Assembly: GCA_002189035.1 (NCBI GenBank)
Contig: NEEC01000295.1
Span: 1-17,484 of the forward strand
Length of the DNA stretch: 17,484 bases
DNA from: Utricularia gibba
Lineage: Eukaryota; Plantae; Magnoliophyta
Direction: 5' to 3'
The first letter of the stretch is position 1. Each line of letters starts with the position of its first letter. Both the position numbers and the translations under genes were made by a program. The notes under the pieces were generated by a model. That model was given only the letters and a program-made list of their open reading frames with translations. It did no database searches and had not been told where the DNA came from. Positions 1 through 8,508 of the stretch are shown piece after piece.

Positions 1-2249
1 CCAACGACAGCACCCACCTTAAAACGGCAAGCTGTTGCTTGAAAAACCATTTGGCAGCCGCCGAAAACCCAACGTTGATAAATGCATCACTTATTCCGGG
101 CTACAACTGACTATGGGCCTGAGCCCGACCCGACCTCTGGCCCAATCCCGAAACCCTCCGAGAGCGCCTTCTGAAATATAAAGTAGAGTGTTGAGAAACC
201 CATTGGGGTTCTCATGACATCCTAACTAAAGCAAATGCATTACGATTTCGTCGAGTACGACCCGATTGGGCTTAGTAGCCAGACCGAATCTCGGGCCTTG
301 ACAAAGCTGCCAACGACAGCACCCGCCTTTAAACGGCAAGCTGTTCTTGAAAAACCATTTACGCAGCCGCCGAAAACCAACGTTGATAAATGCATCACTT
401 ATTTTCCGGGCTACAACTGACTATGGGCCGAGCGCGACTCGACCATTTGCTCGATACTAGTGCCAGCCTAGAGCGCCTCCTCAAATATAAATCAGGTGTT
501 GAGAAAAACCATTTGGGGTGCTCATGACATCCTAACTTCAAAAAATGCATCACGATTTTCATCGAGTAGCACCCGATTGGGCTCAGGAGCCAGACCGAAC
601 CTTGGGCCCTTAAAGCTGCCAAAGATAGCACCCGCCTTAAAATGGCAAGCTATTGCTTGAAAAACCATTTCAGGCAGCCGCCGAAAACCCAACGTTGATA
701 AATGCATCACTTATTTTCCGGGCTACAACTGACTATGGGCCATAGCCCGACCCGACCTCTGGCCCAATCCCGAAACCCCAAGAGCGCCTTCTAAAATATA
801 AAGTAGAGTGTTGAGAAAACCCATTGGGGTTCTCATGACATCCTAACTAAAGCAAATGCATTACGATTTCGTCGAGTACGACCCGATTGGGCTTAGTAGC
901 CAGACCGAATCTCGGGCCCTGACAAAGCTGCCAACGACAACACCCGCCTTAAAATGGCAAGCTATTGCTTGAAAACCATTTAGGCAGCCGCCGAAAACCC
1001 AACGTTGATAAATGCATCACTTATTTGGCCGGGCTACAAATGACTATGGGCCAGAGCGCGACTCGACCATTTGCTCGATACTAGTGCCAGCCTAGAGCGC
1101 CTCCTCAAATATAAATCAGGTTGTTGAGAAAACCATTTGGGGTTCTCATGACATCCTAACTTCAAAAAATGGATCCGATTTTCATCGAGTAGCACCCGAT
1201 TGGGCTCAGGAGCCAGACCGAACCTTGGGCCTTACAAAGCTCCAACTACAGCACCCACCTTAAAACGACAAGCTGTCGCTTGAAAACCATTTAGGCAGCC
1301 GCCGAAAACCCATCGTTGATAAATGCATCACTTATTTTCCGGGCTACAACTGACTATGGCCTGAGCCGACCCGACCTCTGGCCAATCCCGAAACCCCCCA
1401 AGAGCGCCTTAAATATAAAGTAGAGTGTTGAGAAAACCCATTGGGGTTCTCATGACATCCTAACTAAAGCAAATGCATTACGATTTCGTCGAGTACGACC
1501 CGATTGGGCTTAGTAGCCAGACCGAATCTCGGGCCCTGACAAAGCTGCCAACGACAACACCCGCTTAAAATGGCAAGCTATTGCTTGAAAAACCATTTAG
1601 GCAGCCGCCGAAAACCCAACGTTGATAAATGCATCACTTATTTGGCCGGGCTACAAATGACTATGGGCCAGAGCGCGACTCGACCATTTGCTCGATACTA
1701 GTGCCAGCCTAGAGCGCCTCCTCAAATATAAATCAGGTTGTTGAGAAAACCATTTGGGGTGCTCATGACATCCTAACTTCAAAAAATGCATCACGATTTT
1801 CATCGAGTAGCACCCGATTGGGCTCAGGAGCCAGACCGAACCTTGGGCCCTTACAAAGCTGCCAACGACAGCACCCGCCTTAAAATGGCAAGCTATTGCT
1901 TGAAAAACCATTCAGGCAGCCGCCGAAAACCCAACGTTGATAAATGCATCACTTATTTTCCGGGCTACAACTGACTATGGGCCATAGCCCGACCCGACCT
2001 CTGGCCCAATCCCGAAACCCCCAAGAGCGCCTTCTGAAATATAAAGTAGAGTGTTGAGAAAACCCATTGGGGTTCTCATGACATCCTAACTAAAGCAAAT
2101 GCATTACGATTTCGTCGAGTACGACCCGATTGGGCTTAGTATCCAGACGAATCTCGGGCCCTGACAAAGCTCCCAACTATAGCACCCGCCTTAAAACGGC
2201 AAGCTATTGCTTGAAAAACCATTTAGGCAGCCGCCGAAAACCCAACGTT
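1..2249. repeat. Irregular zone of A/B monomers lacking complete D, C and E types (partial, A, B, A, B/E chimera, A, B, A)
   Basis: Monomers start at 77, 385, 697, 1007, 1318, 1624 and 1939, with lengths 308, 312, 310, 311, 306, 315 and 311. No C-diagnostic sequence (CAGCTG, GCATGC, TCCGGA) occurs here, and diagnostic markers appear in mixed combinations. Confidence 0.85.
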
Positions 2250-3182
2250 GATAAATGCATCACTTATTTTCCGGGCTACAACTGACTATGGGCCTGAGCC
2301 CGACCCGACCTCTGGCCCAATCCCGAAACCCCCAAGAGCGCCTTCTGAAATATAAAGTAGAGTGTTGAGAAAACCCATTGGGGTTCTCATGACATCCTAA
2401 CTAAAGCAAATGCATTACGATTTCGTCGAGTACGACCCGATTGGGCTTAGTAGCCAGACCGAATCTCGGGCCGACAAAGCTCCAACGACAACACCCGCCT
2501 TAAAATGGCAAGCTATTGCTTGAAAAACCATTTGGCCGCCGAAAACCCAACGTTGATAAATGCATCACTTATTTGGCCGGGCTACAAATGACTATGGGCC
2601 CGAGCGCGACTCGACCATTTGCTCGATACTAGTGCCAGCCTAGAGCGCCTCCTCAAATATAAATCAGGTTGTTGAGAAAACCATTTGGGGTGCTCATGAC
2701 ATCCTAACTTCAAAAAATGCATCACGATTTTCATCGAGTAGCACCCGATTGGGCTCAGGAGCCAGACCGAACCTTGGGCCCTTACAAAGCTGCCAAAGAC
2801 AGCACCCGCCTTAAAATGGCAAGCTATTGCTTGAAAAACCATTCAGGCAGCCGCCGAAAACCCAACGTTGATAAATGCATCACTTATTTTCCGGGCTACA
2901 ACTGACTATGGGCCATAGCCCGACCCGACCTCTGGCCCAATACCGAAACCCCCCAAAAGCGCCTTCTGAAATATAAAGTAGAGTGTTGAGAAAACCCATT
3001 GGGGTTCTCATGACATCCTAACTAAAGCAAATGCATTACGATTTCGTCGAGTACGACCCGATTGGGCTTAGTAGCCAGACCGAATCTCGGGCCTTGACAA
3101 AGCTGCCAACGACAACACCCGCCTTAAAATGGCAAGCTATTGCTTGAAAAACCATTTAGGCAGCCGCCGAAAACCCAACGTT

Positions 3183-3497
3183 GATAAATGCATCACTTAT
3201 TTGGCCGGGCTACAAATGACTATGGGCCCGAGCGCGACTCGACCATTTGCTCGATACTAGTGCCAGCCTAGAGCGCCTCCTCAAATATAAATCAGGTTGT
3301 TGAGAAAACCATTTGGGGTGCTCATGACATCCTAACTTCAAAAAATGCATCACGATTTTCATCGAGTAGCACCCGATTGGGCTCAGGAGCCAGACCGAAC
3401 CTTGGGCCCTTACAAAGCTGCCAAAGACAGCACCCGCCTTAAAATGGCAAGCTATTGCTTGAAAAACCATTCAGGCAGCCGCCGAAAACCCAACGTT
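3183..3497. repeat. Representative B-type monomer (315 bp)
   Basis: Contains GAGCGCGACTCGACCATTTGCTCGATACTAGTGCCAGCC (SpeI site) and GGCTCAGGAGCCAGACCGAACCTTGGG. By-eye alignment gives roughly 45 differences from A, concentrated in the first two-thirds. Confidence 0.95.
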
Positions 3498-3810
3498 GAT
3501 AAATGCATCACTTATTTTCCGGGCTACAACTGACTATGGGCCATAGCCCGACCCGACCTCTGGCCCAATCCCGAAACCCCCCAAGAGCGCCTTCTAAAAT
3601 ATAAAGTAGAGTGTTGAGAAAACCCATTGGGGTTCTCATGACATCCTAACTAAAGCAAATGCATTACGATTTCGTCGAGTACGACCCGATTGGGCTTAGT
3701 AGCCAGACCGAATCTCGGGCCCTGACAAAGCTGCCAACGACAACACCCGCCTTAAAATGGCAAGCTATTGCTTGAAAAACCAATTAGGCAGCCGCCGAAA
3801 ACCCAACGTT
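3498..3810. repeat. Representative A-type monomer (313 bp; two sub-repeats of ~156 and ~157 bp)
   Basis: Contains AGCCCGACCCGACCTCTGGCCCAATCCCGAAACCC and GCATTACGATTTCGTCGAGTACGACC. Hand count: A96 C90 G63 T64. Confidence 0.95.
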
Positions 3811-4436
3811 GATAAATGCATCACTTATTTGGCCGGGCTACAAATGACTATGGGCCAGAGCGCGACTCGACCATTTGCTCGATACTAGTGCCAGCCTAGA
3901 GCGCCTCCTCAAATATAAATCAGGTTGTTGAGAAAACCATTTGGGGTGCTCATGACATCCTAACTTCAAAAAATGCATCACGATTTTCATCGAGTAGCAC
4001 CCGATTGGGCTCAGGAGCCAGACCGAACCTTGGGCCCTTACAAAGCTGCCAACGACAGCACCCGCCTTAAAATGGCAAGCTATTGCTTGAAAAACCATTC
4101 AGGCAGCCGCCGAAAACCCAACGTTGATAAATGCATCACTTATTTTCCGGGCTACAACTGACTATGGCCATAGCCCGACCCGACCTCTGGCCCAATCCCG
4201 AAACCCCCAAGAGCGCCTTCTGAAATATAAAGTAGAGTGTTGAGAAAACCCATTGGGGTTCTCATGACATCCTAACTAAAGCAAATGCATTACGATTTCG
4301 TCGAGTACGACCCGATTGGGCTTAGTAGCCAGACCGAATCTCGGGCCCTGACAAAGCTCCCAACTATAGCACCCACCTTAAAACGGCAAGCTGTTGCTTG
4401 AAAAACCATTTAGGTAGCCGCCGAAAACCCATCGTT

Positions 4437-4749
4437 GATAAATGCATCACTTATTTTCCGGGCTACAACTGACTATTGGCCTGAGCCCGACCCGACCTCT
4501 GGCCCAATCCCGAAACCCTCCGAGAGCGCCTTCTCAAATATATAGCAGAGTGTTGAGAAAACCCATTGGGGTTCTCATGACATCCTAACTACATCAAATG
4601 CGTTACGATTTTCGTCGAGTGCGACCCGATTGGGCTTAGTAGCCAGACCGAATCTCGGGCCGGACAAAGCTCCCAACGACAGCACCCGCCTTTAAATGGC
4701 AAGCTGTTGCTTGAAAAACCATGTGGGCAGCCGCCGACAACCCAACGTT
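4437..4749. repeat. D-type monomer (A-derived); further copies at 7568-7879, 10705-11017, 12584-12896 and 15720-16032
   Basis: A backbone with private markers CCCTCCGAGAGC, CTCAAATATATAGCAGAG, CTACATCAAATGCGTT, GAGTGCGAC, CCATGTGGGC and CCGACAACCC. It always lies immediately before C. Confidence 0.93.
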
Positions 4750-5060
4750 AATAAATGCATCACTTCTTTTGCCGGGCTACAGCTGACTTTGGGCTCAAGC
4801 CCGACCCGAATCCGGCCCGATCTCGGTGACCCAAAAGCGCCTTGTCAAGTGTAAAGCATGCTGTTGAAAAAACCAGTTGGGGTGGTCATGAGATCCTAAC
4901 TTCAATAAAGGCATCACGATTTACGTCGAATGGTATCGGATTGTGCTGTGAAGTCAGACCGAACCTTGGGTCCGGACGAAGTTGCCAACAACAGCACCCG
5001 CAAAAAAACGACAACTTTTCCTCGAAAAAAGCATGTAGGCAGCCGCCGAAAACCAACGTT
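4750..5060. repeat. C-type diverged monomer, copy 1
   Basis: Collinear with A/B but roughly 20-25% different from A by eye. It carries the only PvuII (CAGCTG at 4780), SphI (GCATGC) and BspEI (TCCGGA) sites of the HOR. Confidence 0.95.
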
Positions 5061-5375
5061 AATAAATGCATCACTTTTTTGGCCGGGCTACAAATGACTA
5101 TGGGCCAGAGCACGACTCGACCATTTGCTCGATACTAGTGCCAGCCTAGAGCGCCTCCTCAAATATAAATCAGGTTGTTGAGAAAACCATTTGGGGTGCT
5201 CATGACACCCTAACTTCAAAAAATGCATCACGATTTTCATCGAGTAGCACCCGATTGGGCTTAGTAGCCAGACCGAATCTCGGGCCCTGACAAAGCTCCC
5301 AACTACAGCACCCACCTTAAAACGGCAAGCTGTCGCTTGAAAAACCATTTAGGCAGCCGCCGAAAACCCATCGTT
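5061..5375. repeat. E-type monomer (B 5' part fused to A 3' part); further copies at 8194-8508, 11331-11643, 13211-13525 and 16348-16660
   Basis: B sequence runs through GAGTAGC and A sequence starts at TAGTAGCCAGACCGAATCTCGGG. Private markers are GAGCACGAC, GACACC and GCTGTCGC. It always follows C. Confidence 0.92.
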
Positions 5376-8300
5376 GATAAATGCATCACTTATTTTCCGG
5401 GCTACAACTGACTATTGGCCTGAGCCCGACCCGACCTCTGGCCCAATCCCGAAACCCCCAAGAGCGCCTTCTGAAATATAAAGTAGAGTGATGAGAAAAC
5501 CCATTGGGGTTCTCATGACATCCTAACTAAAGCAAATGCATTACGATTTCGTCGAGTACGACCCGATTGGGCTTAGTAGCCAGACCGAATCTCGGGCCCT
5601 GACAAAGCTGCCAACGACAACACCCGCCTTAAAATGGCAAGCTATTGCTTGAAAAACCATTTAGGCAGCCGCCGAAAACCCAACGTTGATAAATGCATCA
5701 CTTATTTGGCCGGGCTACAAATGACTATGGGCCCGAGCGCGACTCGACCATTTGCTCGATACTAGTGCCAGCCTAGAGCGCCTCCTCAAATATAAATCAG
5801 GTTGTTGAGAAAACCATTTGGGGTGCTCATGACATCCTAACTTCAAAAAATGCATCACGATTTTCATCGAGTAGCACCCGATTGGCTCAGGAGCCAGACC
5901 GAACCTTGGGCCCTTACAAAGCTGCCAAAGACAGCACCCGCCTTAAAATGGCAAGCTATTGCTTGAAAAACCATTCAGGCAGCCGCCGAAAACCCAACGT
6001 TGATAAATGCATCACTTATTTTCCGGGCTACAACTGACTATGGGCCATAGCCCGACCCGACCTCTGGCCCAATACCGAAACCCCCAAGAGCGCCTTCTGA
6101 AATATAAAGTAGAGTGTTGAGAAAACCCATTGGGGTTCTCATGACATCCTAAATAAAGCAAATGCATTACGATTTCGTCGAGTACGACCCGATTGGGCTT
6201 AGTAGCCAGACCGAATCTCGGGCCTTGACAAAGCTCCCAACGACAACACCCGCCTTAAAATGGCAAGCTATTGCTTGAAAAACCATTTAGGCAGCCGCCG
6301 AAAACCCAACGTTGATAAATGCATCACTTATTTGGCCGGGCTACAAATGACTATGGGCCCGAGCGCGACTCGACCATTTGCTCGATACTAGTGCCAGCCT
6401 AGAGCGCCTCCTCAAATATAAATCAGGTTGTTGAGAAAACCATTTGGGGTGCTCATGACATCCTAACTTCAAAAAATGCATCACGATTTTCATCGAGTAG
6501 CACCCGATTGGGCTCAGGAGCCAGACCGAACCTTGGGCCCTTACAAAGCTGCCAAAGACAGCACCCGCCTTAAAATGGCAAGCTATTGCTTGAAAAACCA
6601 TTCAGGCAGCCGCCGAAAACCCAACGTTGATAAATGCATCACTTATTTTCCGGGCTACAACTGACTATGGCCATAGCCCGACCCGACCTCTGGCCCAATC
6701 CGAAACCCCCCAAGAGCGCCTTCTAAAATATAAAGTAGAGTGTTGAGAAAACCCATTGGGGTTCTCATGACATCCTAACTAAAGCAAATGCATTACGATT
6801 TCGTCGAGTACGACCCGATTGGGCTTAGTAGCCAGACCGAATCTCGGGCCCTGACAAAGCTGCCAACGACAACACCCGCCTTAAAATGGCAAGCTATTGC
6901 TTGAAAAACCAATTAGGCAGCCGCCGAAAACCCAACGTTGATAAATGCATCACTTATTTGGCCGGGCTACAAATGACTATGGGCCAGAGCGCGACTCGAC
7001 CATTTGCTCGATACTAGTGCCAGCCTAGAGCGCCTCCTCAAATATAAATCAGGTTGTTGAGAAAACCATTTGGGGTGCTCATGACATCCTAACTTCAAAA
7101 AATGCATCACGATTTTCATCGAGTAGCACCCGATTGGGCTCAGGAGCCAGACCGAACCTTGGGCCCTTACAAAGCTGCCAACGACAGCACCCGCCTTAAA
7201 ATGGCAAGCTATTGCTTGAAAAACCATTCAGGCAGCCGCCGAAAACCCAACGTTGATAAATGCATCACTTATTTTCCGGGCTACAACTGACTATGGGCCA
7301 TAGCCCGACCCGACCTCTGGCCCAATCCCGAAACCCCCCAAGAGCGCCTTCTGAAATATAAAGTAGAGTGTTGAGAAAACCCATTGGGGTTCTCATGACA
7401 TCCTAACTAAAGCAAATGCATTACGATTTCGTCGAGTACGACCCGATTGGGCTTAGTAGCCAGACCGAATCTCGGGCCCTGACAAAGCTCCCAACTATAG
7501 CACCCACCTTAAAACGGCAAGCTGTTGCTTGAAAAACCATTTAGGTAGCCGCCGAAAACCCATCGTTGATAAATGCATCACTTATTTTCCGGGCTACAAC
7601 TGACTATTGGCCTGAGCCCGACCCGACCTCTGGCCCAATCCCGAAACCCTCCGAGAGCGCCTTCTCAAATATATAGCAGAGTGTTGAGAAAACCCATTGG
7701 GGTTCTCATGACATCCTAACTACATCAAATGCGTTACGATTTTCGTCGAGTGCGACCCGATTGGGCTTAGTAGCCAGACCGAATCTCGGGCCGGACAAAG
7801 CTCCAACGACAGCACCCGCCTTTAAATGGCAAGCTGTTGCTTGAAAAACCATGTGGGCAGCCGCCGACAACCCAACGTTAATAAATGCATCACTTCTTTT
7901 GCCGGGCTACAGCTGACTTTGGGCTCAAGCCCGACCCGAATCCGGCCCGATCTCGGTGACCCACAAAAGCGCCTTGTCAAGTGTAAAGCATGCTGTTGAA
8001 AAAACCAGTTGGGGTGGTCATGAGATCCTAACTTCAATAAAGGCATCACGATTTACGTCGAATGGTATCGGATTGTGCTGTGAAGTCAGACCGAACCTTG
8101 GGTCCGGACGAAGTTGCCAACAACAGCACCCGCAAAAAAACGACAACTTTTCCTCGAAAAAAGCATGTAGGCAGCCGCCGAAAACCCAACGTTAATAAAT
8201 GCATCACTTTTTTGGCCGGGCTACAAATGACTATGGGCCAGAGCACGACTCGACCATTTGCTCGATACTAGTGCCAGCCTAGAGCGCCTCCTCAAATATA

Positions 8301-8508
8301 AATCAGGTTGTTGAGAAAACCATTTGGGGTGCTCATGACACCCTAACTTCAAAAAATGCATCACGATTTTCATCGAGTAGCACCCGATTGGGCTTAGTAG
8401 CCAGACCGAATCTCGGGCCCTGACAAAGCTCCCAACTACAGCACCCACCTTAAAACGGCAAGCTGTCGCTTGAAAAACCATTTAGGCAGCCGCCGAAAAC
8501 CCATCGTT
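5376..8508. repeat. 10-mer higher-order repeat copy 2
   Basis: Monomer starts are 5376, 5688, 6002, 6314, 6629, 6940, 7255, 7568, 7880 and 8194, with the same ordered markers as copy 1. Length 3133 bp. Confidence 0.93.
7880..8193. repeat. C-type diverged monomer, copy 2
   Basis: Same diagnostic sequence; CAGCTG at 7910. Confidence 0.95.

Larger units (their letters stand above)
2250..5375. repeat. 10-mer higher-order repeat copy 1 (A1 B1 A2 B2 A3 B3 A4 D C E)
   Basis: Monomer starts are 2250, 2555, 2870, 3183, 3498, 3811, 4126, 4437, 4750 and 5061. Markers: A2 CAATACCG; A3 CTAAAATATA and ACCAATTAGG; B1/B2 GGGCCCGAG and CCAAAGAC; B3 GGGCCAGAG and CCAACGAC; A4 CTCCCAACTATAG. The first monomer is atypical (305 bp). 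Confidence 0.88.

Noticed and set aside
1651-1911. Recurrent 86 aa minus-strand ORF (MVFQAIACHFKAG...) and its copies
   Set aside because: It recurs only because B monomers recur. It is short, has no recognisable domain, overlaps opposite-strand ORFs, and is broken by 1 bp indels in equivalent copies (5688, 8822, 14466).
1786-1974. Recurrent 62 aa plus-strand ORF (MHHDFHRVAPDW...)
   Set aside because: Chance open frame within the satellite, with no coding context or family resemblance.
3600-3606. TATA-like TATAAAG in each A monomer
   Set aside because: There is no downstream gene or transcription evidence, and the motif is altered in D and C. It cannot be called a promoter.
3671-3687. CENP-B box-like TTCGTCGAGTACGAC
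   Set aside because: It matches TTCG and CG only. It lacks the required A and CGGG of NTTCGNNNNANNCGGGN, and I found no full match on the minus strand.
3720-3820. 10 bp phased A-tracts (DNA curvature)
   Set aside because: A-run centres in this stretch are spaced irregularly (about 6-16 bp). I could not support periodicity by eye; it would need a spectral or curvature calculation.
4842-5138. 98 aa and related 62-90 aa ORFs over C monomers
   Set aside because: Frame and length differ among otherwise identical C copies owing to homopolymer indels, which is incompatible with a conserved protein.
6149-6156. Private substitution CCTAAATAAAG (6153)
   Set aside because: A singleton base change with no structural consequence; it could be a mutation or an error.
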